A stretch of DNA of 63,317 nucleotides, the filler included, from Trichomonas gallinae (lineage: Eukaryota), in NCBI GenBank assembly GCA_008369845.1. It is 3 parts of 3 records of this genome, joined end to end, with 100 filler letters (N's around TTAATTAATTAA, not from the genome) between each part and the next. Parts side by side here need not be neighbours in the genome. Positions count along the whole stretch, not along the records: positions 1 to 20,862 come from MRSU01001393.1; 2 more parts are not named here. One strand, given 5' to 3'. The notes under the pieces are model-generated. The model was not told the origin of the DNA and ran no database searches. It was given only the letters and a program-made list of their open reading frames with translations. The translations under genes were made by a program, and so were the position numbers. How positions within the stretch are numbered: position 1 is the first letter of the stretch; each line of letters starts with the position of its first letter. Shown here piece after piece: positions 12,601 to 20,862 of the stretch.

Positions 12601-12910
12601 CTATTGGTCTGTGTTGTATGAAAAACATTACTAGAGGTTGAATAGAAGGGAAAGTGTTGATAAGATTTGACAACAAAATGACGATTTCGAGGTCATCTGC
12701 TGCAGGATCAGACACAATATCGCGAATTATCTCTGATACAAGATGTAAAACGATCGGAGAAAAGACTGTTGCGATATCTTCCCAAATATTTTCATCTAGG
12801 AAATGAATTTTCAAGTTTCGAAAAATAATATTGGGGTCTGTTTCTGTGCGCAATCGAGTGAATACTTCAGGTTTGCGTGAAATAAGCTCTTCGACGCGCT
12901 GAGACCACAT
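650..12910 (-). CDS. MDN1: Midasin/Rea1 dynein-related AAA+ ATPase (pre-60S ribosome maturation)
   Basis: 4086 aa with six tandem AAA modules (Walker A GPAGSGKS, GETGTGKT, GPTSSGKT, GETGTGKT, GPPGVGKT, degenerate GTTATAKS) and repeated F.W.DG.L / LDE.NLA motifs. A long helical linker and D/E-rich tail lead to a C-terminal MIDAS/vWA domain (GDFRTGKRLNMRKIIPFIASGFRKDKIW, IDNSASM, FPFPFY). Confidence 0.98.
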   Translation of the reverse strand: MWSQRVEELISRKPEVFTRLRTETDPNIIFRNLKIHFLDENIWEDIATVFSPIVLHLVSEIIRDIVSDPAADDLEIVILLSNLINTFPSIQPLVMFFIQHRPIAFSKHIGEVKFLQAVFRLLTKIGSSFEIQLSILLHIFEQGISEESYFYLANIIAILQNLAEVELNTILNEKCSLETQVRLYTIESNFATKILALENYGEMKYETTYATTVRGVPFLRSMDAEENTNDNPILHTPYARSLALAMLTNKPVMVVGPAGSGKSTIIQHLAQLAGTEITSLHLGSAVDAKSLLGGYICGEIPGEFRWLDGPLTAAVRENRRWIVLEQVEMASSEVLAIIQPLLSEQKLFIPGRSETLKMGYNTRIFATCFKPIESSLWTKLSIDYLSEENIREAVLAAHPGLADVLDRILYSWIDCKLTYHELFRLCRRLEVFNLKSGSVSEEVYIAMFQTTVDTFVSHLADQQKRLDNAIKIASRWNLTPNYAESYLMLNKPRLNTNPFQIGTVALPFLGDPIPSPSFAYTFTSLHNMESVARALSMKEPVLLVGETGTGKTTLVQFIAASVGAKFTVINMHHQSDTLDIIGGFKPVDLEKMMTPFYAKFMEAFSKTLSKKKNAQLITTIDELKQHKRWTEFLKYIIKVSMMALQKVTSSEDQNLIQIWTKLKKDAEGYLSRPDFLSRDFAFGFVEGPLATAFRTGEWILLDEVNLAPPETLLALAPLIDGTLTLPNGEILHAHPNFRLICCMNPATDVGKANLPETLIHKFVSIYSDETSSESDIKLILETRGVNTRFHQTIYDFYTKAREMSKTVLTDGSGRRILYTLRALTRSILYMNKAEKYFGSPRACYDALYLSFVSPLSPDSAERLIPVLEQKIDTKNAAFNATKVVDPDFIEVEGFLIKKGPLPVKERPDFILTDTAKMHLRSLAQATFLGNNPILLQGPTSSGKTSIVEYLADITGHEFVRINNHEHTDISEYIGGYATTESGKFEFIEGALVRAVRAGAWVVLDELNLAPSDVLEALNRLLDQNNELFVAETQTVVRPADGFQLFATQNPPGVYGGRKQLSRAFRGRFIELHIDEIAPKELNTILVERCHMAPSFAKAMVDTFLELRHIRQFTQVFAGKHSFLTVRDLLRWANRKPSTWEEVADEGFALLGERLRTPEERNIMKEVISKMCKGAPVIHDFQVPEVNLDFDIVWTSGMKRSVDLLMRCIKNKEPALLVGETGTGKTTAVQVIAAALGRRLRILNCHQHTETSDFLGAMRPARANSEHLFEWVDGSLVDAMRNGDVYLMDEISLAQDSALERLNSVLEPSRLLAIAEKPEYEVIKAHEDFVFIATMNPGGDYGKRELSPSLRNRFTEIWVPSIDSDSDLLEILAANSKNEITKEHGEMFLKFVRYYTGLSKSLMNISLRDVLQWIRFVDSRVSQGTSFADAYVHGAFMVFIDCVFNNFRHDFILFLSKQLEDNNLQCSEPLGTFSHEVQMDDKTMNIGQFTLSMNENSEDRKTNFIFSAPTTSQNLLRVARALQMRIPVLIEGPPGVGKTSLVASLGKALGFNVVRINLSEHTEMLDLVGSELPVENGKSGAFAWRDGAFLTALKNGDWVILDELNLASQSVLEGLNSCLDHRASLFVPELGQEYKCHPNFRIFGCQNPAAGGGGRKCLPRSFLNRFTRVYVEELTAEDFGFIIEKSYPMISEDLRLKMIKFIRQLNELKLEFEFNLRDVFRWCEMIISAHIQPTKALQQLFIQRLRTKKHRETVLNIAFNEFGEFSTLPTPLLLSPSTVRVGDIIIEREGTCAPSSIVLHPALIRPLETIFMCARMHWPGLIVGTTATAKSSLVRIAAHIIGRKLVEFSMNSSVDTTELLGGFEQMDNHRCFEQLRNKIRFNRQFTAETLSNFERITEPAELHDFIVANANIFPEDIIREAEQLILRSNDPGRFEWVDGLLLQAMRNGWWIIIDNANLCPPAVLDRLNPLCEPGGYISLNERGLVNDDIEVIYPHENFRLFMTVDPKSGDISRAMRNRAIEIYLQSYYERLSDDKLLEDECRALAGENGEEFLQMMKEECTDNDLRTLSAWNMVSFKTFKEQAAVAQLGPDAAHFNIAHCQLTENITDEESRAMTRSNSSLTKFVSNDKVLSTYIFRPVTNTTMQTIFYDASYLLQVNPENNAAIKFFAGSTRQNDLDARCIFTEQWPKVSFIMQALRNFELAHYVEDLPLDKTLWPDPQESLTFTALYLLMTLNLDANDVNDVSSVQIQMELSTLIPALYNEFISMVKNAADNDNVSKYHLLPLRVIDYLNKTRENSLPILRFIRALFKRGNLEIPHLDQVANILVPQSAKAAKHARYSIGEPFTFKTAQAFNLWNEINKYWQNLLQQSDAGFYKQSTNIVQLLSKLVQSQVHCEDLSSILQSLKSCALPKEVVLTFMDEIEEMSETRLQSTTVQLSTPFPSEHLQEISLHSVFLHVIDCVLSGNPIKLPKTYAVMLDIVAIIDSYNKTHSFTDLVFALFEIIFHMSNKALSGPGLPAVGTVLGTNPSLLETAHNKELTTSLYALLKKIPAVHERDVIFRLTALCNKEAEKLGIPPVDANDFDKSFMNFALNKWNLISPLSEVDDSYYHMVVANLSDKLKADLEMEKEVTSDIMKSRIGNENSTICQAYDQEIYELGAINKKSMQKSKYRGQTDEFAKVKSIIERIGGVVRADATSEIARSIDESATSLLRQFPLYRDITVPIVTTLREVSFGLTMDHPQDMINLPFPFTAKDLLTTLFQSTNDLNTALTFSVIGHTTQVVHPDIEMNFPELAPDYSTISEEEKQEKQIEELFSKEKKDVLNVITKNFVDSMLRPEQISTNKLLDMFYKQVKSLQPESTSIESDLLYLPLILHRMTNKKAKNERNINIYQKSSASDLEELAKVVYKVVELVTEVWKRYPGHEQLRIIVKSANVLLNMPTNLPLIEFLNNLEILMNEIRTWQYKDRDFGPVLVPLVKLANKWLQMRLESWKILFENRRTRLQQNVGRSFYTILEQFLRTDEENIGDFFALVVDFIDTSSVGVLKTNLDLLEAFALYSKRYVIGDRVFTMLINLVTKFRAYLPIIEQYIAQELIPLDKKMKEYMSLQKWDTDSDKKHMLKIDTVKRQLNKYCQEHMEIIKPIFRLMLDQFTETMIRQQGVAHSRNTPIDEITDQLFNQNEKIRLRIYNARIYANTELNVQADNNQDRHDNSSPLHLFLNPTLYGEQFSAVNDLFGQALSLLTKIRKLAPECHLDIRPEESEYYKGFCENLVIKLIHERRELSIEPTLYVDGPLFVFNQVTTILKSFSIIDENNAVSEKVAQLESYAKLTPLPITDCVKVLGQIREVLESNYVHMSILMFIDRAIPIIQSYEGFVQPTEQKVESEKLLTHLGHARFTVAIMKQILVAMLDGYGESDDNKQDNEPKQEEGQDGVGLGEGVGDQDITNEIEDEDQLLGDNVNTNEDKQDEDEVDREGGFEVEPDMPEDAPDVSAHEEEEQMDDEMGETKDGENVNERNATDDTNRADKEADIEKETTKENTVQDQEQPEDEPDEISDNPPEDDDKQSGEISMSEQEDEFESDAAQWDEEPEKIEMPEDDDRMLEGNPEAEEEETNETVVEERPPDIEEEPDLFEGMTAQDKANAEEEDNNEQEDIEGGGKGESNGAGEDGEGGEDKAENEEEEVTEEKIQEKQMKEIEKQLEIVNKKILEGDVQDGDEGGQRDEDGTEGVVLPAEDAQEIPDRPEEDENKNDDEENKAAAPGEQEEGEFLEPLQKEGEDEENADRTSMNFKTVEGETTKVNTDSITMLENNQATEEARSHWLAEVNDTHDSAAELCEQLRLVLEATVAAKMKGDFRTGKRLNMRKIIPFIASGFRKDKIWMRRVQPDQRNYQVMLAIDNSASMAGRSGALAIKSVCLITQALTLLGIGDLCVTRFGEDAKIVHKLGAQWSEESGAAMINAFSFDEQSTAIDKLLEKTVNYFESENKGNAMQLCFIISDGMFSNKDRVRELIIQAQLRKLLIVFVIIDSQTKERSSILDMKSYIFENGKGIFKRYLDDFPFPFYVLIRDPAALPERLSDALRQWFDLANASQ

Positions 12911-13794
12911 TTTAAATATTTTTTTGAAAGGACAAATTTATTTTTATTTTAGTTTTTTCATTAAATATGGATACTATATCAATTATATTATCTATTTTTC
13001 ATAAAATTGGGCACTTTTGAAAATTATTTTCTGAAATGGTCTAATTTTGCTAAAATTAGATATTTCATAGTTTATATATTAATGATATGATGAAATTTTG
13101 AGTTTTGTTATAATTTTTTATGTTTTGATTCGAGATTTTGATGAATATAGGTGTACTTACCAATATAGTATATAAATATATAAAAATTTGAACAAAGATT
13201 TTAGAATCCTTCAATTGAACAAAAACTCGATTTTAACGTTTTGATGATATTAACACATTCTCTAGAAATAATATAGTTTATTTATAATTTAGTTTCTTCC
13301 AAAATCATGTTTAATTTGTCCAAAAATGAAGAAAAAACATTTTGAAGCTGGAAAAAAATATAAAATAGGATAAAGATGTCAAATATTGACTGAAAAAAAC
13401 TTTAAAAATATTAATATAAATAATAAAAGAAATAGTGTATTAGATACTATATCGGAATTCATCAATAAAATCTAAAATAGTCAATTATCCCCCTTTCTGA
13501 AACATTTTTTGACTCAAAAATTATTGATTTATGGCACGAAATATATGATATAATCTAATTTTAAATTTATTTTTTTTTCCCCGATAATTGTATTGTGAAA
13601 AACCGCTAATTTTCAATAATTATTCAATTTTTCTGAAATTATTTAATTTTGTACATATCTAAAATCATATAATAAATATTTCTAAATAAATAAAATTTAA
13701 GATCAAAAAATTTATCAAAAAAACTTAAAAAATAACAATTATATGACATACAGATGCTATATTTTAATTTTTTCTTTTTTGTCAAATTTCAAAA

Positions 13795-16455
13795 ATGATT
13801 CTTTTTCTTTTGTCTTTTTATGAATTTCGAAAATGCGACAATATGAGGTTCTGCAGGGACAACCTCAACTTTTCCGGCGATAATGATTGGTCCGTAATCA
13901 AATCTGAAGTAAAAAACGATGAATTACAAATCAAATTAGCATACAAACAAGAATTTAAGGGCCACATATTCCATATTTCTACAATCAACAACAGGACAGT
14001 CAGATTCTTCCTCGAGTTGCCTGAAACTTTGTCTTCTTACAGATATGACGTATTTCACGATGATTTAATTGTCTACAAGTCTAAATTACAGCCAAACAAG
14101 TCATTTACGTTTACACAAACATCATCGAACACGAATTCCTTAAAAATCGAAAATTTCGAAGTAATTTTTACAAATTCTCCATTTACAATGACAATCTACA
14201 AAGACGAAGTGAAATACATCGAATTGGTTAAGTCAGACAATTTCATGATCGTTGAAGATGGATCTGCTGTAGATAATGAGTATTACAATGAAAAAGTTGA
14301 AACTATTCCACACGGCAAAAGCGCTGTTGGCATGTCATTCGCCTTCGATGAGACAATGTATTTCTCTGGTTTATCAATTGATTCTAAGACTACAAATATC
14401 GATGACACAAATGAAACGAGAAGATTTAATGTTGACGCACAGCAGTCCCTTGGATACGCTTTTGTGCCATTCTTAATCGCTCATGATAATAATCACAAAG
14501 AATTTCCATCTGTTTTCTGGATTAATCCAACAGATACATTTTTCTCGATCGAAACAAAGAATCAACAAAGGAAAATCAGACTTCTCTCTGAAGGTGGCTT
14601 CATAGATTTCGTTGTTATTATCGATTCATTCAATGGTTTAATGCATCAATATACAGATCTTACGGGTAGGCCAGAAATGCCTCCAGGATGGGCTCTCGGA
14701 TACCAGCAGAGCAAGTGGGGATACAATAATCAATCAGAAGTTGAAGAAATGCTGCATAATTTAACAATCAATGGAATTCCTCACGATGGAACATGGCTTG
14801 ATATCGACCACCTTATAGAACATACTCCACTTACAATGGATCCGAACTGGTTCTACGATTCCAATAAATTCTTCAATGATGCTAAAAATCAGCACAGAGC
14901 CATCATTAGAATCATGGATCCACACATGAAGGTCGATACAAACTTCACGCCATACAACGAATGCAGCGAAAACAACTACTTCGTGCAACGAAATGGATCC
15001 GATTTCGTTGATGATTGCTGGCCAGGTAAATCCTCATGGCCAGACTATCTCCGCAAAGAAGTCAGAGAGTGGTGGTCCACCAAGTTTACTCCAGAAAACG
15101 GTTTCCCACAAAATGTATATTGCTGGAACGACATGAATGAGCCTTCCACATGGAATTCCATAGATAACACATTCCCAAAGGACTCTTTATTGCTGAACAA
15201 CACAATTGAGAGCAGAGAGGTCCATGGAATTTACGGTTTATCTATGGTTTCTGCTTCGCATTTAGGACAAATGAAGAGAGGCTTAAGACCGTTTGTTTTA
15301 ACACGCTCATACTTCGCTGGCTCTCAGAAGTTTGCATGGCACTGGTCAGGAGACAACTCGCCGAACTGGGATGCTTACAAACAGTCAATAGACTCCATTT
15401 TGACGACAAATCTCAACGCGATGTATTTCACTGGCTCAGATCTCGGCGGTTTCATGGGCAACACAACAACTAAATTACTCACAAAGTGGTACCAGCTTGG
15501 CTCATTGCTTTATCCATTATACCGAGAGCACTCTATTTTTGAGTCAGCGCATAGAGAACCATATTTATTTAAAGAAACAGAGCCAGAAGCATATAAGGCG
15601 ATTTTATTCGCCATCAAGGAAAGATATGCATTTTTGCCATTATTGTACACTGCTGTTCATCACACAACAGTTACAGGCGAGCCATTTGTTGCACCACCGT
15701 GGTTCTACTTCCCAGAGTTCGATCACTCCATCACTTATCAACCAGTCGTCGGTGGACAATTGATGCTTGTTCCTCAGATTGAAGAGAACCAGAAGGTCAT
15801 CAACGTCACGAAGCCGCCGGGCAGATGGTATGACATGAGAACTGGCATAGAACTCAAAGAAGACAATAGACTCCCAGTAGAAATTTATGACAGGATTCCT
15901 GCATATCTTAGAGGAGGAACAATAACAGCCAACTTCTCTGGTGTTAATTTGACAGTTTACGAAACATTCCAAAATAGTGTGACTTTGCTTATCAGCGCAG
16001 ATGATGATCATAAAGCGAGAGGCTACTTATACTTCGATGACTTAGAAACGACAGACTACAAGAATGGAAAATATCTTGGTGTAAACATTTCATTCGATTT
16101 GAACAGGTTCGAAATCAAGGCAATGAACAATTTGTCCAGGAAAGTCTTCTGCACTAGGATATTGATCTTCGGACTTAACCATGCTCCATACTTCAAAATC
16201 CCAGACAGCGCCGTTCTTTTTGATGGCAATGTTGTCACAATCTCAAGAATCAACCTTTCCTTGTCAGATGACAGCATTTGCGTCAACGACGAATCTAATC
16301 TGCTTGCTATTGTTCTTGGCTCAATCGCATCATCTCTTTTTGCTGTTGTTATCCTTATCATCATCATTGTCGTCTGCACTCGTCATAAACCAGCGAAAGA
16401 CCAGAACGTTGGAAAGTCTATCATGTCTATAGAATCTGAAGGGAAACAAGAATAA
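13795..16455 (+). CDS. Glycoside hydrolase family 31 (glucosidase II alpha-like), predicted type I membrane protein
   Basis: Hydrophobic N-terminus, PGWALGYQQSKWGY, WLDIDH, catalytic WNDMNEP, HWSGDN, GSDLGGF, and a C-terminal TM (LLAIVLGSIASSLFAVVILIIIIVVC) with a short tail. Confidence 0.95.
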   Translation: MILFLLSFYEFRKCDNMRFCRDNLNFSGDNDWSVIKSEVKNDELQIKLAYKQEFKGHIFHISTINNRTVRFFLELPETLSSYRYDVFHDDLIVYKSKLQPNKSFTFTQTSSNTNSLKIENFEVIFTNSPFTMTIYKDEVKYIELVKSDNFMIVEDGSAVDNEYYNEKVETIPHGKSAVGMSFAFDETMYFSGLSIDSKTTNIDDTNETRRFNVDAQQSLGYAFVPFLIAHDNNHKEFPSVFWINPTDTFFSIETKNQQRKIRLLSEGGFIDFVVIIDSFNGLMHQYTDLTGRPEMPPGWALGYQQSKWGYNNQSEVEEMLHNLTINGIPHDGTWLDIDHLIEHTPLTMDPNWFYDSNKFFNDAKNQHRAIIRIMDPHMKVDTNFTPYNECSENNYFVQRNGSDFVDDCWPGKSSWPDYLRKEVREWWSTKFTPENGFPQNVYCWNDMNEPSTWNSIDNTFPKDSLLLNNTIESREVHGIYGLSMVSASHLGQMKRGLRPFVLTRSYFAGSQKFAWHWSGDNSPNWDAYKQSIDSILTTNLNAMYFTGSDLGGFMGNTTTKLLTKWYQLGSLLYPLYREHSIFESAHREPYLFKETEPEAYKAILFAIKERYAFLPLLYTAVHHTTVTGEPFVAPPWFYFPEFDHSITYQPVVGGQLMLVPQIEENQKVINVTKPPGRWYDMRTGIELKEDNRLPVEIYDRIPAYLRGGTITANFSGVNLTVYETFQNSVTLLISADDDHKARGYLYFDDLETTDYKNGKYLGVNISFDLNRFEIKAMNNLSRKVFCTRILIFGLNHAPYFKIPDSAVLFDGNVVTISRINLSLSDDSICVNDESNLLAIVLGSIASSLFAVVILIIIIVVCTRHKPAKDQNVGKSIMSIESEGKQE

Positions 16456-16967
16456 ATATCTTTTAACTGTTTTTGTTTTACAAACATAATATATATAATA
16501 GCTAATAAACATTGTATTTTTAGTAAAAGTGGTTTATGCGGAAACGAATATAAAGGTTCGGTTCAAGGGTTTTCTTATAATTAAGCTCTTTGTAGTTTGC
16601 GATAAATGTGTTTTGTTCTAATGTAAAGCTTATCTTTTTATTTGTTTTTCCTGGTTTTATTTGATTACTAGCTTGTGGATCAGATCCAATTGTAACAACC
16701 CTTAACAGTAAGGTTAGAATCCACTTTATATTGTTTATCTCTATCAATCTTAATCAGATAGGGACATGAATTGTTTTTAAAAATGCATTTTAAAAGTTAG
16801 CACGAAATCGCTTATTTAAAAAATTGATGATACCGATTAGAAAATAAGTTGAGAAATGTACTCTTCATTTTTTTTTTTAATTATCTACGACTATTGAATC
16901 AAATTTTTAATTGAAATATAATTGTGAGCAGGGAAAATGCCAACATTATTTTATATTAGACGACAAA

Positions 16968-17927
16968 ATGCAGCATCAATTAGAAAAAGCCATTACAGAT
17001 CTTGATTATGATACTATAAGACTAATTATTAATGGAGGATATGTGCGAAATATTAGAGGTAGTGATAATTGGCTTTATACAAATGTCAAAAATTTCGAAG
17101 TTCTTATCTCAACACCAGGAATCGATGAATATAATAAGAATATCATCATAGACCGAACTGTATCAGTGGCCTTCAGAGATGGCATTAATGATCTTGTTAG
17201 ACTACTTCTCAAATTGTGCTACATCGATTTACTTCCTTATGAGCCTCTACATATGGCTGCAGGTTACGGCCATCAAGAAATTGTCAAACTCCTTCTCTTA
17301 GTTCCAGAAATTGATGTCAATGCAAGAAATAAATTTAATAAAACCGCTTTAATGATAGCTGCAGCAAATCAACATTTTGAGATTATCGATTTCCTTCTCT
17401 CAGTCCCAGGAATTGTTGTCCATCATGGAATTTTAATAGATGCAGTATTTTCTGGAAATTTTAAATTCGTCAAAAAACTTGTCTCATGTCCTGGTCTGAA
17501 TGTTAACATGAGAGACAAAAATCTTTATACTCCCTTGATTATTGCAACTTTTAATAATTTTCCTGAAATTGTCAAACTACTTCTCAAAATGCCTGGAATT
17601 GATATCAATGCAAAAGATAAAGACAATTGTACTGCATTAATCCATGCAGCTAGGAATCGCTGTTACGAAATCACCAAACTTCTTCTTGAAATGCCTGGAA
17701 TCAATATAAATGCAACAGATAAAAGTGGCAATTCGGCTCTTTCCTTAGCTATCAAGTTTAAGCACGATGAAATTATTCATCTCTTGGATGAAACAAGAGA
17801 GGCTTTTGATAACGTCAAGATCGTTGATAACCCATTTATTGCTCAAAAGAAACAGAATCTTTCTAGTTTAGTGTTAAAGGATTGGAGCAGTTTTTGTGTA
17901 TTTTCTAAATATATTTCAACATTTTAA
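16968..17927 (+). CDS. Ankyrin repeat protein (IDVN/IDIN-type expanded family)
   Basis: Repeated PLHMAA/TALMIAA/TPLIIA...EIVKLLL..PGIDINAKD units. The first in-frame ATG is at 16968; the track start is TTG. Confidence 0.92.
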   Translation: MQHQLEKAITDLDYDTIRLIINGGYVRNIRGSDNWLYTNVKNFEVLISTPGIDEYNKNIIIDRTVSVAFRDGINDLVRLLLKLCYIDLLPYEPLHMAAGYGHQEIVKLLLLVPEIDVNARNKFNKTALMIAAANQHFEIIDFLLSVPGIVVHHGILIDAVFSGNFKFVKKLVSCPGLNVNMRDKNLYTPLIIATFNNFPEIVKLLLKMPGIDINAKDKDNCTALIHAARNRCYEITKLLLEMPGININATDKSGNSALSLAIKFKHDEIIHLLDETREAFDNVKIVDNPFIAQKKQNLSSLVLKDWSSFCVFSKYISTF

Positions 17928-17976
17928 GAATGGTTTAATATTTATTATTTCACATAGAAATTATTAATAATTTGTC

Positions 17977-18633
17977 TCATAAACTCACAAAAACTTGCAA
18001 AAATATGATTGAATATAACAAATAATATGAATTCAATGTATACGTGCACAATATTTTCTTAAAATAATATGGAAAACTCATTGTTACATTCGGGACACTT
18101 GCAAACAGTCTAACTCGCTTTGTTGTATCAGAGTAAGCAGGAATTCCGTTTGATCGGTAACCAGAGTTTGTGCTACATTGTAATCCTATTGCATAATACC
18201 AATTTGAGAAACCCGGGATGCCATTGAGAAGGCAATTAGTAGAATTATCACATCGTACCAATCCACTCCAATTTCCTCCTTCATTTAACTTTCCATATGG
18301 AGCGAGTGTTTCAGTTTCGTTAAATCCTTGAGCTGTAACGACACCTTTGGTTTCAATATCATCATATGGTGGCAAAGATTGATTCCATGAATTATATTTG
18401 TTTTCGTTTGGATATTCGATGATGAAGTTTAGCTTGTTACCACGAAATCTGTATTCTGACTGGTTTAATTGGGAAATAATAGAGAATTTTCCTTGAACAT
18501 TAACATCAAGTGCTTCATCTATGCTTTTAAAGCATTTATCTGTGGTGAAATTGTGCTCGAAGACACGAAGATAGTAATATCCTCTGTATTTCGTGTATAC
18601 TTTGTCCTCTATGTAATAAACATTTAACACCAT
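17977..18633 (-). CDS. Hypothetical protein of an expanded trichomonad family, possibly fibrinogen/lectin-like fold, hydrophobic C-terminus
   Basis: 218-aa ORF with FEHN, FSII, FIIEYP, NSWNQ, WSGL, LLNG, NWYYAIG and GIP motifs. The fold assignment is an inference. Confidence 0.7.
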   Translation of the reverse strand: MVLNVYYIEDKVYTKYRGYYYLRVFEHNFTTDKCFKSIDEALDVNVQGKFSIISQLNQSEYRFRGNKLNFIIEYPNENKYNSWNQSLPPYDDIETKGVVTAQGFNETETLAPYGKLNEGGNWSGLVRCDNSTNCLLNGIPGFSNWYYAIGLQCSTNSGYRSNGIPAYSDTTKRVRLFASVPNVTMSFPYYFKKILCTYTLNSYYLLYSIIFLQVFVSL

Positions 18634-19719
18634 AATAAGGTGTCATGTAAAGTGACATTTTTTTATTATGATAGTTGTAAACTATTCAAATAACTGTCAA
18701 ATCGAGATTTTTTTTGTGATTATTGACAAATTATCAATAATTATTTCCCTTTCAAAAAATTGAATGATGCTCATAAAAACTGAATAAAGCGAATGGACCT
18801 CTAGAACAACTTAACCAAAGACTATCAATCTCAAGCTAAAATCTAATTCATTGATCCACATCGCTAATACTGACATCACACCCCCTAAAAAGGACTCAGA
18901 AATTTTAGGTTATGAATTCATCTAATCAAGATTTTTTGTGATTTCTTTGATGTTTTCATTTGGTAACCTTCTTTAGCTTTTCCTCAAGCTATTAGGTTTA
19001 ACGTTATATCTAATTTTAAAGAAAAAATTCTTTTTTTTTTGAATGGAAAATCGTATGCCCGAATGGTTACTGATTTTGGCATTACTTAAATGAAAATTTT
19101 CGATTTTTTGGCATTACTGAAAATTTTCATTTCAAAATAAAAATGGATAAAAATATATGAATGATAGGATTGGAATTGTTTTAACACAAAGTCAAAAATT
19201 ATAATTACCTCCATCATACCATAGACACAGCAAATTTAGCAATGATAAAAAATTTAATCATTATAATTACATCCATGGCTTTTATATTAAAAGACATATC
19301 ATCTATTCACTATTTCTATATATCATCTTTATTGGAAAGGAAATTTCCATCAATGATCATATTGATTTATTGATTACAGAGTTTTTAGATATAGATATTA
19401 TATAAAATATATCGCAATATACCAATATTATAGATATTTCATATCATAATGATATAATATTTGATTTGAATTTAAAATATCAATAATATACTTCATTATT
19501 ATTCGATATAGATTTAATGTGAGAGGGTATGAAAGTATAAAGATAAAATTGTTCCTTAAAAGGATTTTTCAAAAATAACGTAAATTAATAAGTTTAATTT
19601 CGAGATTTTCATGAAGAGTATATAGAGATGAGCTATTATATTATAAAGGAAAAAGAATTAAAATAATGACAATTTTGATTTTTATAATTTTCAATATTTA
19701 ATACCAGTAAAAAAATTTA

Positions 19720-20421
19720 TCATGCACGAGGTGAGCCAGCACGTGAGCCGTTGCCAGACGACTGGGCGCCAGATTGATTTCCAGTTGTAGTATTACCTGT
19801 TGTTGGTTTCTGAGAAGAAACATCGCCAGTTGCGCCTGGGGCTGCTGTATCACCGCGATCAGCATCAGTAATTGGAGCACCATCGAGAATCTGGAGCTTC
19901 TTGCAACGTCTGCACATTTCTGCACGGTAATTTCTGTTTTTGCTGATTGTTTCTACGACTGGGTTACCTGTAAGAAGAAGATCGGAAAGATCTGGAAGTT
20001 GCTGGATATGATCTAATTCAGTTTGCTTTTCGACTTTATTATGTGCAAGATATAAAACTGTTAAACGCTTGCAAGCTGCGATTGGACGGAGATCTTTAAC
20101 AGAGTTATAGCTCATCCATAATTGTGTGAGTGTTGCGGCCGCCTTTTCGATACCTGTTAATTTAGTAAGCATATTACGTCCAATAGAAAGAACTTCGATA
20201 CGTGGTGGTAAGAACTTGATTTCTTGAATATTGTTTGTGCTGATCATCAGCTTTTTGCATGCAGCAAGCTGCGCCAATTTATCAGACATAACTGTAATCG
20301 GCGGATGGTTAAATTGAAGACCGACTTCGACAACATCTTCGATTGGCTCATCTGGGTGGTTCTTTTGCCATTCAGCAAGAGCTTGTGTCGCTGTGTACTG
20401 CGGTGGTTTCTTCTGTGCCAT
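19720..20421 (-). CDS. DNAL1: Outer-arm axonemal dynein light chain 1 (LRR)
   Basis: QALAEWQ, PPIT.M, KKLMISTNNI, LSIGRNML, LTQLWMSYN, LYLAHN, LLLTGNP and LQILDG match the LC1/DNAL1 pattern. Low-complexity tail. Confidence 0.9.
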   Translation of the reverse strand: MAQKKPPQYTATQALAEWQKNHPDEPIEDVVEVGLQFNHPPITVMSDKLAQLAACKKLMISTNNIQEIKFLPPRIEVLSIGRNMLTKLTGIEKAAATLTQLWMSYNSVKDLRPIAACKRLTVLYLAHNKVEKQTELDHIQQLPDLSDLLLTGNPVVETISKNRNYRAEMCRRCKKLQILDGAPITDADRGDTAAPGATGDVSSQKPTTGNTTTGNQSGAQSSGNGSRAGSPRA

Positions 20422-20440
20422 TATAAAAACTAACGAATAT

Positions 20441-20448
20441 CAACCGTT
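20441..20448 (-). promoter_or_regulatory. M3/Myb-recognition-like core promoter element AACGGTTG upstream of DNAL1
   Basis: The minus strand reads AACGGTTG about 20 nt before the ATG at 20421, matching the T. vaginalis M3 consensus as recalled. Confidence 0.45.
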
Positions 20449-20799
20449 TTTTTTTTGAGAATTTGTTTCTAAAATTATAATAAATATCAAATATATACAA
20501 TCATAAAATCACTTTTTACTAAGAATACATAGCAAAATAATGAATATTTATTGAACAATCCTATTAATTATATATTTTTATTGTATATTTAATATTTGTT
20601 ATTAGGTAAAAGCACTTTTTGCATAGAAAACATAACGAAATAATTAGAAAATAAATAAAAATTCTAAAAATTAGATATTTTTATTGCATATCTAGTATTT
20701 ATAATAATATATAAGCACTCTTGGCTAAGGTAATCTTACAATATATTTTAAATTTGTTTGATAAAATAACATTTACTATGGAATATATAAAAAATATAC

Positions 20800-20830
20800 G
20801 CCACTTTTTGAGCGAAGCTCAAAAAGTGGC
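20800..20830. repeat. Perfect 14-bp inverted repeat with GAA loop (GCGAAGC core)
   Basis: GCCACTTTTTGAGC-GAA-GCTCAAAAAGTGGC, extendable by about 10 bp with one bulge. Confidence 0.9.
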
Positions 20831-20862
20831 TGTATATTTTTATTCTTGGACCTTCAATTTTG

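Noticed and set aside
16520..16747. 75-aa minus-strand ORF after GH31
   Set aside because: TTG start, no ATG, no recognisable motif; at most a decayed fragment.
19088..19132. 14-bp AT-rich inverted repeat
   Set aside because: Low-complexity, self-palindromic GAAAATTTTC core; plausible by chance in this base composition.
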